Shown piece by piece: positions 1-11,592 of a stretch of 60,000 bases of DNA. The stretch is from Callorhinchus milii (lineage: Eukaryota): assembly GCF_018977255.1 (NCBI RefSeq), contig NW_024704742.1, forward strand, positions 3,908,001-3,968,000, written 5' to 3'. Under the pieces are notes generated by a model. The model was not told the origin of the DNA. It made no database searches and was given only the letters and a program-made list of their open reading frames with translations. Numbering within the stretch: position 1 is the stretch's first letter; every line of letters begins with the position of its first letter. Both the position numbers and the translations under genes were made by a program.

Positions 1-756
1 ATTGAAGAAGGCTCTTTGATTACAACTCAAATCATCAAGTTGTTTCTAAACAGTCCAGTGTAATAGCCTCTATAAGTCTTCCTGGTAAACCATTGTACTG
101 TGTAAAGGATATAACTTGATTTGCCCATTATAACCCTGCATCTGTGTCCTCATGTCCTTCTTCCTTGAACTAACTTGAAAGGATTTTTCTGAGTTTACTT
201 TCTCTATTCGTTTATTCATTTTTCCGCGCCAGTTTTGTAATGAATATCATCCGGCTATTTACTTGAACAGATTAATATATTAATCATATACTAATCATAA
301 TATGTAATATAATATTATTTTAATCATATAATAATATTATATAACAATAACATTATTATTAAACAACCAAATCTTGTGCGAACAAAGATTTCACCAAACA
401 CAAGAATTGTTGTTATTCAAACAACCCAGTTCTATCCTTGTTTGACATTTGCACATTGTGAAGGCGCTATACAAATGTCATTTTGTGGTTATTGTTGTTG
501 TACACTGCCACCAGACATCGCTATAGCGTAATCAGTGGTGGGACCCTAATTTTTTCATTGCTAACCTGAGAACCGAGACCTACTGTAGCTAACTGAGATC
601 AACTAACTCAGCAATGACTCGGGATCATTCTTACCAATGCCCTGGTCTTGTTCAATCCATGGTCTATTTCTCAAATAATTGTTTAAATAACCTGCTCCAA
701 ATAAATTTCCCTGTCATTCAGTCATATTTGTTTCTTGCAACACGCTTGTATTTATT

Positions 757-930
757 GTCAGCTTAGCTCACTCTTGCCTTTGAGTCAGAAAGTTGTGCGT
801 TGGAACTCAGATACCCTACAAATACACAGTCACTCCATTTCACAGTAAATCCTGTAAAGTGCTTCGAGACATCCTTCTGATATGATACAATGCGATACCA
901 AATGCAAGGATTATCATCATATTTTATTAT
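757..930 (+). mobile_element. SINE family B (SacSINE1/Deu-like), internally deleted
   Basis: Head gtcagcttagctca...gagtcagaaagttgtg joined to the 3' end (tacaaatacacagtcactcc...gtaaagtgcttcgagac...aaatgcaaggattat) seen in other copies. Confidence 0.65.
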
Positions 931-1358
931 GTGATTTTTACTGTTTTCTAAATTCCACACATCGCTCTATACGTTGAAATGCATTTTTGTAATTTGATAA
1001 TATGACTTAATATTTACGGTCAATTTCCACTTGTGAAATATACCCAAATTCTGCTATTCTCACATCAAGCAGTTGTAAATGCACTTTGGTGAGTAAAAGA
1101 ATGTCAACTCTTATCTATGATGGAAAATGGGTAAATAGTATTCCCACCAAAGGAAAGTGGCCAACTCTGGAGCACGAGACAAGCTGAGTTGGTGAGAAGA
1201 AGTTGGATTAGTGTTCCAGTAATTGCAGTAAAGGCACAGAAGCCATACAAATCATTTATATCTCCTGCAGAAATGGCACACAGTTCCCACAATATTCAGT
1301 TATATTGTACACTGATTCCACAAAACAAAATGTTAGCATTGATAAGAATCAATAATGT

Positions 1359-1672
1359 GGAGTCCTGTAGCTCAGGGGTTGGAGCACTCGCCTTGCAAGT
1401 GACGCAACTGGGTTCAATTCCCGGCAGGGTGAAACCTTGGGCAAGTTTCCTTACTCCACACGCCTAATAATAATCCCTCCAAAAAACAAAACAATAATAA
1501 ATTTGTCATTTTCAATCCATGACTGTTTGTAGGACACTGCTGTGCGCAATTGGCTGCCGTGTTTCGCCCACAAATATACAGTCAATTTACTTTAGAACAT
1601 ATTCTGTGAAGCGCTTTGAGACGTCTAGAAGACGTGAAAAGTGCTATATCAGATGCAAGGATTATTATAATA
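1359..1672 (+). mobile_element. SINE family A (tRNA-Ala-derived, Deu-like core, L2-like tail), short variant
   Basis: ggagtcctgtagctcag (A box), ggttcaattccc (B box), core ctgtgcgcaattggctgccg, tail gcaaggattattat. Confidence 0.9.
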
Positions 1673-2134
1673 AGAGTTTGTTATGATATTAGTTGCTGTT
1701 TACCTGCTTTGAAAACTCAATCATGCCTGTTTTACTGAAAGAAGAATTTATTACCCAGTGCAAATGGCGTCAATGTGCTGTTGTGGTGTCACATTACATG
1801 GTTTGTCTATTTGTTTTGCTTTTATTACTTTTCCTTCCATCCCACTTCCCTCAGGGCTTCTAAGTCCTCGTTTTTTTATTGTTAAACTGTCTGTTTTAAT
1901 TTTTGTCCAGTACATCAGCTTAGTCCTGCTCCCTAACTCGTTCCTTCCATATCCTGCTGCGAGAATTGCTACATCCTTTATTTATTTGGGTTTCAGGTGA
2001 ATGAGACAGTTTACTTCATGATTTCTGCTAAGTTCATTCGCCAGGAGTAGCTTTTTCTTCAAACAGTAAGATGGGTAGAAATAGCATTTTTTCAATGATG
2101 AATTTTGTTACTGGTGATAATAGTAAAATAATAA

Positions 2135-2445
2135 ACCTTGCATTTGATTTACCTCGTCGATTTGTCTCAAAGCCTCCCCACAGGGTACACTGTAAAGTAG
2201 ATTGACTGTGTATTTTGTGGGCGAAACACGGCAGCCAGTTTTGTGCACGGCAGTGACCCACAAGCAGCCACGGAGTGAGTGATCAATGTTATCTGAGGGA
2301 TTGTTGGCCAAGTCACCGGGAGAAACAACCTTCGCTTTTCAAATCGTGTTTCGAATAGTTCGAATAGTACTGGACAATAATGGGATCTTTACCATTCACC
2401 TGAACAGGCAGACGGGACCTCGGTTTAACGTCTCATCTGAAAGAC
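2135..2445 (-). mobile_element. SINE family B fragment (core and 3' end)
   Basis: Reverse complement of gatgagacgttaaaccgaggtcccgtctgcctgttcaggtg...gatccc and of the Deu core. Confidence 0.75.
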
Positions 2446-2624
2446 ATTGATCTCAAAAGAAGTACAGATGATGTTCAGGGCTTGCATTTTATCGCTAATG
2501 AAAAGATGTCCACAATGGCAATAATTGGCAGGGAGGGGATCACAGGATTCTTTTGTATGAAGAAGGCCAACTACAAATTACAATTGTAGAGCGCCTTTCA
2601 TGTCAGGAGGATGTCCCAAGGCAC

Positions 2625-3260
2625 TGGAAACCTATGTTCTTTTGTGCTCCTATCTCGGTGCACCCTACAGTAATAATCTGGGTTTACTTTATCAAAAGTA
2701 ATTTTACACACCGCTACAAAGTCCCCACCAAGTCGTCTTATCTTAAGATTGAAGAACCCTAAACTGTCTAATCGTTGCTCATAACTCATTCCCCTAAAAC
2801 TGGGGATCATCCTCATTGCTTTCCTCTGCAGTGTCTCTAGAGCCTGGACATTCTACTGTATCGTGGTCACCAAAACTCATTTGACTAAGAGGTATATATC
2901 AGTATCCTGTTTGCCTTGTTCATTGCTGCCTCACACTGTTTTGATATAGTGAGGGAGTCTTTCAGCTTCGCCCTTAGCAAGTTCTATCCCATCCATGAAG
3001 TATTTGTGTTTCCTATTCTTGGATCTTGCATTTATCTGTATTAAACTTCATTTGCCAATTATCAGCCCATGTGCATACCCTATCAAGCTCTTTTTGTAGG
3101 ATCTTTGTTGCCTTCTCTAATTCCTCAGTTCCTCCCAACTTGGCATCATCTGCAAACTCAACTATGTTACACTGGATCTGTGAATCCAGGACATTAGTAT
3201 GTACAAGGAACAGGAGGGGTCTCAGTACAGACCCCTGAGGTACCTCTCTCAATACCTCCC
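2625..3260 (-). mobile_element. CR1 LINE ORF2 (RT) fragment, decayed
   Basis: ORF track: VPQGSVLRPLLFLV...FADDAKLGG...WADNWQMKFNTDKCK and MSYEQRLDSLGFFNLKIRRLGGD, typical CR1 RT/C-terminal motifs. Confidence 0.9.
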
Positions 3261-3366
3261 CCCCATTTTGACTTAGTTCATAGATCTGGATTCACCTGGC
3301 TGGAATGGAGAAACCTGTGTATCTGTCCTGCAAGTGTCATCAGCATGCTCAAACCTGCTACAAATT

Positions 3367-3612
3367 GTCAGCTTGGCTCAGTTAGTCGTGCTCTTGCTTC
3401 GTGTCAGAATATTGTGGATTCAAACTCCACGTTGAGACTTTGAGTTCATAGTGTTGTAGGCTGTCGCTTCAATGCAGTGCTGGTGGACAGTTGCATTGTC
3501 AGAGCGCTGTCCATTGGATGAGACGTTAAACCAAGTTTGTTTGTTCAGATGGATGTTAAAGATCCCAGGGTGCTACTCAAAAAGAGGAGAGTTTCTGCCA
3601 GTGTTATCCCCC
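3367..3612 (+). mobile_element. SINE family B (5' part)
   Basis: gtcagcttggctcagttag head; ggatgagacgttaaacc...gatggatgttaaagatccc body. Confidence 0.8.
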
Positions 3613-3859
3613 ACCCTTATATAAAGGCTTGCCACAGGCCATAGGTTCTATTCTGACAAAGAATAATAACACTTGAAACGTTTTTAGTTTTGTTTTCAGA
3701 TCATTATCGTCCTACTGTTGATTCAGAGCAATTTTATTTTAAATTTCCAACATTCACCTGTTTATTCTTGCTAATATAATTGTTGTACCACTGCCTATGT
3801 CAATAACAGTGAATCAACTATATTCAGCCATTTGGGGCCAATTCACACAATATCTGAGT

Positions 3860-4170
3860 GTATTTTTCCTACTCGACTCTTGTTAACTCTACAAACCAAA
3901 GCCCTAACAGGTTGGCTGGTACTGGGTGGGCAAACAGAGGGAAGCTTGCCAGACAGTGTTCCCAATGGCAAGCTCTGTGATTTTAGCTCATTAAACACCA
4001 GTAGTGACCCAATGAACTCTCTGGGGTCCCCAAACCTTGGCGCTCGACAACTTGCACCTAATACTTTCCAGAACACGAGAAAATCCGTACGTAGGAGGCT
4101 TTGCGTATGGGAATCTCAGTCTGGTTTGGATAATCTTGGTGATGATGGGTTTCCACATTTGTCGGCTGAT
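3860..4170. repeat. Unidentified interspersed repeat with residual coding pattern, copy 1
   Basis: Aligns with 36680-36978 (shared ccaaagccctaa, caatggcaa, ttttagct, ctggtttggata, tgggtttccacat). Confidence 0.7.
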
Positions 4171-4927
4171 CAAAATTAAATTAATTTCTCAACTTAAAAT
4201 TTGTGTTGGCCGTTCCCTTTTAAAAAGTGAGAGTCCCAATACACTTATAGTTTTAATTAATCAAATCCAATCTCTCTGTTACCTCCATCCAGTGAGGTAT
4301 GGGCACATAGGATTTTATAGCACTGGCAATCAGGCAAGTCTAAGGCAAAAAAAAATCCTATCTTACTCTGTCTCTCATGCCCCTCCCTCTATTGATTTCT
4401 TCTCTAAATAACTATATAATTTCCTCTCAAATCCTTATGCAATTGTTTTATATTTTACCTTTAAATACACTGTGCTCTTTTGGTATGCAGAACGGACTTC
4501 TCTACAAAGTGGACGGAGCTGTAATAATATCACGTTTACCATACAGGATTTTAAAACAATCAAATATTGTTTAATTTAGGCTGGGTTTAGAACAGACTAT
4601 TGCTAAAAGCTCTCTTACGTGGTTCATTAATTTAATGCTTCGACGCAAAGGGTAGAAAGGGAGAGCTCTCAGCCTACAGTATTTTCTCATCACCTCAAAA
4701 TATTAAAATATGGTGTAAAAAGTAGCCTATCTTGCAGGAGCTATCCTAATTTATAACATTCACCGCCTTTCTCCCTGGAGACATACCATTAGTTGGTCCT
4801 GATTTTTCATGATTGGGGAATCCCTGCAACATCATCGAGAATCACAGATGTTGTTTTTCTGAGGATTCCTGATATACTGATATGCATGTAACCTTCATCA
4901 TGAGTATTTTGATATGTTGATATATAT

Positions 4928-5270
4928 CTAGGGTGCATCCTGTCCGGACTGGGTGACTGATCTACCTTGAGTATCATGAAGCTTTTTAGTACCTCCTCAC
5001 AGTTTATTCTTATTCTTATCCAATTTCCCTTCCCTCTCCTCCGATGCTGTGACATTGGCTGCATCCTCTTCTTTTGTGAAGATAGATGCAAAGTACTCAT
5101 TCAGTACGTCAGCCGTGCCCTCTGCCTCCACAAGAAGGTTTCCTCTTTGGTCCTTATTGGACCCACCCTATCTTTGACTAACCCTTTTATTCTTTATATG
5201 CTTATAAAATACCTTAGGGCTCCCTTTTATGTTACCTGCTAATCTTTTCTCATACGATCTCTTTGCCCCT
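4928..5270 (-). mobile_element. CR1 LINE fragment (upstream of the RT domain)
   Basis: Minus-strand peptide EEVLKSFMILKVDQSPSPDRMHPR matches the CR1 L-K-x-D-K-S-P-G-P-D-G-x-H-P-R motif. Confidence 0.8.
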
Positions 5271-5309
5271 CTCCTACATTAATCCACTTTTCCGTCAATA
5301 GAACAAAGT

Positions 5310-5471
5310 ATGATAACAGTATTAAAAATGCCCTATAAAAGAGGCACTATGCCAGTACAGGTTACCGTAGTTCTGAATTGCATTAGTCCTTCTCATTTAT
5401 TTTATTACAGCTATATTCAATGTGTCATAAATGCATCAAGTCTTTTTCATTCTGTCTTGGAGTGTATATTG
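5310..5471 (+). repeat. 162-bp direct duplication, copy 1
   Basis: Same sequence as 6268-6429 with 7 substitutions and no indels (counted by eye). Confidence 0.95.
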
Positions 5472-5479
5472 ATTGTTCT

Positions 5480-5742
5480 CCGCTAACTCTGATCTGCTCC
5501 TTCCTCGCTGACTTTGTCCAACCATTGGTGGTTGAGCTTTCAGTCACCATGACCCTAACCCTCTGTAACTCTCTTCCAAAACTTCTTTTCTTCTCTCTTT
5601 CACTCTCTCGCTCTCTCCCTCCATCCTGAAAACCATCCATAAAACAATCATTTTAGGCCATACTTTCCCTGCTCATTACTCGTAATTGTTAATTACTTTG
5701 AGAGGCTCATTTTACAACTTGCAATATAAGTGCAAGTTGTTA
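5480..5742 (+). mobile_element. L2 LINE 3' fragment, decayed
   Basis: accattggtggttgagctttcagtcaccatgacc...aactctcttcc resembles the other L2 copies; ends in aagtgcaagttgtt. Confidence 0.55.
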
Positions 5743-6267
5743 GAAAACATTTGAACATTACAGTACCCCAATCATTTGAAAAAATGTAGTCCCATTTTTC
5801 CTAAAAAACTTACTATAGCAAGTTTTTTCCAGCCAATGAATAAACTCGTAAGCAACCAATGTGATTACTTGTCTTGTTGGATTCAGAAAGCAGCAAAGCT
5901 TTAATTTGTCCGAAGTTTTCTTGTCTTAAGTTATCCCCAATAATTTCCACGTGTAATCTGGCAATATAATTTCCTTAACTGGTGAGGGGTATCTTTTGCT
6001 CCCCCACCCCTCTCCCTCCCCCCCACATGTTTCCTTCAGACTCTGATGACACTGGGGACATTTTGTCTGGAGGCACCTCAAAGCTTCTCACAGTCGGTGG
6101 GCTCAGACCTGGACTAATTCAGGGCAGTAATTTTTAATTAAACCTCAGCCCAGTTGTTTCCCTGGTAAAATGAGTGTGGGAAGGGAATGTGTGTCAAAAG
6201 AGACATGCACTGTGTGCGCTTATTGTCACACCGGGCTTAATATATTGTGGGAATTCCCAGAGCTGAA

Positions 6268-6429
6268 ATGATAACAGTATTAAAAAGGCCCTATAAAAGA
6301 GGCACTATGCCAGCACAGGTTACTGTAGTTCTGAATTGCATTAGTCCTTCTCATTTATTTTATTACAGCTGTATTCAATGTGTCATAAATGCATTAAGTC
6401 TTTTTCATTCTGTTTTGGAGTATATATTG
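6268..6429 (+). repeat. 162-bp direct duplication, copy 2 (probably the native locus)
   Basis: About 96% identical to 5310-5471; embedded in unique sequence on both sides. Confidence 0.95.
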
Positions 6430-7454
6430 TTCGCTGCAAAATAAAGTGGTGCACATATATCTTTTTTTTCATTTTGCAGTCTTAAGTTTGAACACGCACC
6501 TAAAATAAAATAGAATTATTGGGTATGGAACACAGCTTTAGTAGATGTGTCTTCATCCACAGGAACAGAACGATTTTATCAAACGTGGCAGCTTAGGTGA
6601 CAAATCTATCAACAGCCACAATTGCTTCAGTTTTCTAATAAAATGTCAATTGCTTCGAAGTTCAATTTGACTTTACTGCAGTCTAATAAGTTAATCAAGG
6701 CTGAAGTGTATGAAATCTTTTGAAACGTACAGAGCAGCTCTCTTGCAATTTATTTAATATAGATCGCTCCACACCTGGGATCAGTTGTTCAATCACTTAT
6801 CATCAAAGGTACCTCTAAAATACAGCTCGGCAACACGACATCGCAATTATTATTCAACTCTGTAGGAGTGAGGAAACGGTTCACATCTTTTCAAGAAGAA
6901 GTCTGAACAGGATTAAAAGGAATTATGTTTGCACTTGGCACATCTGAATTGTTTGAATTCACTATGAATTGGCAATTGTTTTGAAAATGTCGAAAGAGAG
7001 TTTTTAAAAATCCTTGCATTTGATATAGCGCCTTATCACGTTAAAACATCTCAAAGTGCTTCACAGAGTTTTCTGTCAGGTGCAGTGACGGCGTATGTGT
7101 AGTCTAAAAGTAGCGTAATTCAAATGAAAGTTTTTTCTGTTGATACTTTCCAATGTCAGAGGAATCACAATAGTTTCGAACAAAAACCCTTTGTAAGATT
7201 TCTGTTTAAGCCGAATGTTCAATCCTTTGAATCCAACCGAGATCAGGTAAGACCTGAGTTCCATGAAGCGGCACTCAAATGTGGGTGAGGGCAACACGGT
7301 TGGAGTCTTTGGTCCAAATCACTGTGGCAAATCGGGAAGCAGGTTGGCAGAGTTGGGCCATGCATAACCAGTCCATAAAGATTGTTGGACTAAAATTTGC
7401 AGTCATTACCATTATCTGAGCATTATCACAGGTGATAATCCTGTTTGGCCTCAT

Positions 7455-8105
7455 CTTGGCTCTCGCCTTTGAGTCAGTAGGTTATGGGTTCAAGCCCCAC
7501 ATTAGAACTTTGAACTCACGTAATCAAGGCTGACACTCCAATGCAGTGCTGCACTGTTGGAGGTGCCATCCATCAAATCAGGCGTTAAACCAAGGTCCCA
7601 TCTGTTTGTTCAGGTGGATATTAAGATCCTGTGGCAGAAAGAGGAGGAAGCTTGTCCCAATGTCCTGGCCAACAAAATTCGTCATTCACTTCATAATAAT
7701 AATAATAATCCCTTCATTTAATACAGTGCCTTATCATGTCTTTGAGATGTCTCAAGTGTTTCACACAATATACTGTAAAGTGAATTGACTGTATATTTTT
7801 CTGGGCAAAATGCAGCAGCCAATTGCACACAGCAGTGTCCCACAAACAGTCGTGGATTGAGTGACTCATTTTTTTGTTTGAAGGAATTATTACCTCCGGA
7901 GAAGCGATCCGCCAATTGACTAACAACCGGGTTGCTACTTACTGTTGGTAAACAGAGGTGTATGGAGTAAGGAAAACATTTTGTCCTGCCCAGGAATCAA
8001 ACCCAGGTCTCTCGCTTGCGAGGCGAGTGCTCTAGCCACTGAACTACAGGACTTCATGGCTATTTATAGGACATTGCTGTGTGCAAATTAGCTGCCATGT
8101 TCGTA
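7455..8105 (+). mobile_element. SINE family B, split by a family A insertion
   Basis: Head and body at 7455-7694; core resumes at about 8056 (ggacattgctgtgtgcaaattagctgcc). Confidence 0.75.
7695..8055 (-). mobile_element. SINE family A, full length
   Basis: (aat)n tail at left; reverse-complement head gccactgaactacaggacttc at right. Confidence 0.9.
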
Positions 8106-8400
8106 AAAGATTAAATATTTGGCCGTAGAGACTGACAAAGTCAGTTTTACTCATTTTCAACAAAAAAAATCAAGCTTTTTGATTATTAAAGCTATTTTTT
8201 TTCAACCCTCAAGTTTTCCAATTTTTAGGGCTTCTGTTATGTGCACCAATATCAGAGCTGCTGATTGTCACCTTAATCTTATCCGCATCTCAGAGCCTTC
8301 AGTGTTCTGTGATGGTGCACAGTTCTGTATGTTTGTGACTCGCTTCAAGGGTGGGTTTTTGACACCCGAGCATGTTTCTTGGCACCAAAATTCTAATTAT

Positions 8401-8491
8401 GGTAAATTCTTAAATTTGGTCTTAATTTGGAGGCTGGCTTGCTGTAGTTCATTGAGTACTTTCCAATCAAGACCGGATTGAAGAATTTTCC
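8401..8491. repeat. Imperfect inverted repeat / MITE-like relic
   Basis: ggtaaattcttaaatttggtcttaatttgg versus the reverse complement of 8463-8491 (ggaaaattcttcaatccggtcttgattgg). Confidence 0.65.
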
Positions 8492-9149
8492 AAAATTCTG
8501 CAGATTTATAAATTGTTAAGAGATCAACGGTCTTTGAACCTAAAATCATCAATAATTTGGGGCCTTTGGTTTACTGTCTTTTACAAGGGACAGGACAGCA
8601 TTTGTTGGTGCTTGATTTTGTACTGTCACGACTGCAGTAGTTGGTTCATAGCAATTGTATGCTGTATAAGCCACATTTGTTACTAGTGATCTGGGAGGTG
8701 AAAGAGATGCTCGGAATTGCACTGTAAAACATTTTGTGCTGATTCCTCGGTTTTAGTTTTTGTTGCAAAAGAAATCCAGACACCGAGTTTCACCAGCCTT
8801 TTTGTGTCAAATGCTTACCCCTCGGTTCTCTCCTGCATTTGTCATGAATAGACCCCGCAATACCCAGGTTTTTAACTTTGTGGATAAAATCTGATTTTAA
8901 CGACCCTTAACTCTGCTGTGAGTGAAACCCGAATGCATATTCATTACTGCTCCAGCAGAGATTGGATGTAGACAGCCCTTTGACCAATCAGTCTATTCCA
9001 TTATGATGGCAGGACATGAATGATGGGATATACACTGTGCAACGATATATCACGTGAACAGTCATGACAAGTTATAGAAAATGGGGTGAACATGAGCTTA
9101 TTACTTTTTGAAAAGAAGCAGGTAAGCCAATATCATAAGTGTTTATGTA

Positions 9150-9435
9150 AATTTTAAGTGAGTCTTATGTTTTATTTATGTGGTTGTGTTTCGTGTGTGT
9201 GTATTTGCGTCTTTTTTTTGGTTTGGCCATTTCACGTGTGCTGTTTGCAATGTCTGTTTGTTTGTTGTACCGTTTGTGTGTACGGACAGTGCATTTGTAT
9301 TTTGTTTGTGTGCCTGGATTGTGTGTTTGTCCGCAGACTGTGTGTATTGATTGTGTTGTGTACTTGTGTGCATGGACGGTATATTTTGTGTATCTCATTG
9401 TTTTTTGGGGGGCACTTTAAGTTTTGTTTTGTGTT
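9150..9435 (+). repeat. Degenerate TG-rich low-complexity tract
   Basis: Dense tgtgt/tttgt motifs. Confidence 0.8.
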
Positions 9436-10332
9436 AAAGCTGCAAACAACTTAAACAAATATGTCAGCAATAAAGCTATTCAAAAAACTTCATTGGTGTA
9501 ATTATTAATTCTAACCCACGAAATAAATACGACAGCAATTTAAATTACAAAAGAAGAAAATTTGAAAATATTACCTGTATTTTCACGAACATCCTTTTTT
9601 TTTCCTCCTATTCTGCCTCGTTGCCTATTTTCTCATGTCCTATTTTGTTTCAATTTTAACTTTGCTTTGGCCAGAATTTTACACTGCGTCCAACCCATTT
9701 TCTTTAACCGTTTCAAGCTTTTAAATGTGTTTCTTTTCTTCCGCCCAAAGTGGGAAAAACACTCAGAAAAAGTGACAGAAGCTGACGGGGTTTACAGCCG
9801 AATGAAAATCTGAACCATTAAGGATTGACAGGGCTGCATTCCAGATGTGATCTAATGTGATTCACTGTGGTACAGACCCATCAGTCTACAACGTACACTT
9901 TGGCCTTGTCGTTTATAGAGTTAATTTATGCCAAGTAGTAAACTAATTAACCATCAGCTTAACAACAGGCAATGAAGAGCTTGACCCCCGGTAAATCGGG
10001 CGTTCTTTCCACTGGTAGTAAAGGACACTGACCAGGAGATATAATGCAACTAAATGTTGACACAGTTTAGAGATTAAGTTTAACATTTTGGTGAAAGAAC
10101 TACTGAAAATGAGGGACAACTCGAGACTTTAAAAAGGCATGTTCTTGCTCCGATCGCTTCTCACTACCTGTTAAAAAAATTAAACCTTTAGGCACTAAGA
10201 CAGTGTATAGATGGAAAATCAGAGATTTTTTGATAAATGTTTTAATTTCTATTCCCACACCAACAAGTGGCCCAATTGCAAGCAATTGTAGAAACCTGCA
10301 AATTTTTGCTGGAGGGCTAGATTAATAACAGA

Positions 10333-10551
10333 TAATAATAATAATAATAACAACTTGCAACTTATATAGCGCCCTCCACGCAGGATAGCATCTCAGAGTG
10401 CTTAACGGTGGCGGACCCTGACTCCAAGCCGGGGTGTTGGGTTTTTTTTTGGGGGGGGGGGAAGGTGACCATAAGCACGATCGAAAAGGAAGGTTTTCAG
10501 GCATTCCATAAAAAAGAGGAGAGAGGGGGCAAGGCGGAGGGATTGAGGGAG
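10333..10551 (-). mobile_element. L2 LINE 3' end
   Basis: Minus peptide LKTFLFDRAYG; reverse complement of the terminal gcgctatataagttgcaagttgttatt. Confidence 0.75.
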
Positions 10552-11329
10552 AATAATAATAATAATAATAAATAGAGTAATCATACTGGTCGCAGGCCCC
10601 ATCTGTTCAGGCCCTGTTTCCATCCCTGCCCCTTTTTGGGAGTGGAAATAGTTCCCAGATATTTCTCCTATTCCCTCTCCTGCTGGGAGAGAGAGAGAGA
10701 GAGAGAGAGGGAGAATGTGAGGAAGAATCATCCACAAGATATTAACCTTCCATTCCCTTTTAGCTTTTGATTATCTTGCTGAATATTTTCAGTGTTTTCT
10801 CTTTGATTTCAGATATCCAGCATTCACAAACTATTATCTTAGACCCTAAAATGCTTTGGCAGCCTCGCAAACTCCTGTTGGATATTGTGCCTGTGCTATT
10901 TTGCATTGTTAATAGGATTTTTATGCTTTCATTTGAAGATTAATAAAAAAAATTGTAAATCGTATTTTGCCCACAAAATACACAGTTAACTCACTTTACA
11001 ATATATTCTGCGAAGCGCTTTGAGAGGTCTCAACAGTGTGAAAAGGCACTATGTCAAATGGTAGGATTGTTAGGATTATAAAATGATCAAATAACTGAAT
11101 TATTCCTTCTGCGTCCAGTCCATTTTCCCTCAATAGTAAGCAGTGAGTGATCATTGCCTATTGATAAAAGAAAACACACAGATGATGCCCCGCACAGTCT
11201 TCCCCTGACCGGTGTTTTTAGCTCTTGAGACTTCGGACATCATAGTGCTATTTATCCTTTGTGTCTTGAGCTCCTCAATATATCCATTTCGCCAGTGTCC
11301 TGCCTTGGGTGGATGACATTGTGAATGTG

Positions 11330-11592
11330 ACAATGCAGTTTTCAAAAGGGATTGAATTTGCCATGGGTGGGGGGGATCTGAAAAAGATCTCGGGGTGTTA
11401 GTTGACTCGTTGCTCTCCATCTCAATGTGAGGCAGCAATAAACAAGGCAAACGGGTCCTGGGCTAAATTACAAAATCAGTTCTGAGTTTACATCCCCACA
11501 TGTCATACTCAGTCAGTTTAATGTCTTATCTGGACGATGGCAGCTCTGTATAGTGCGCTGGTCAGAACGCACTTTGATTACTGCATACAGTT
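11330..11592 (+). mobile_element. CR1 RT C-terminal fragment
   Basis: EKDLGVLVDS, QCEAAINKAN and LYSALVRTHFDYCIQF motifs read by hand. Confidence 0.75.

Noticed and set aside
9158..9454. Cys/Val-rich and His/Thr-rich ORFs
   Set aside because: Translation artefacts of the TG-rich tract
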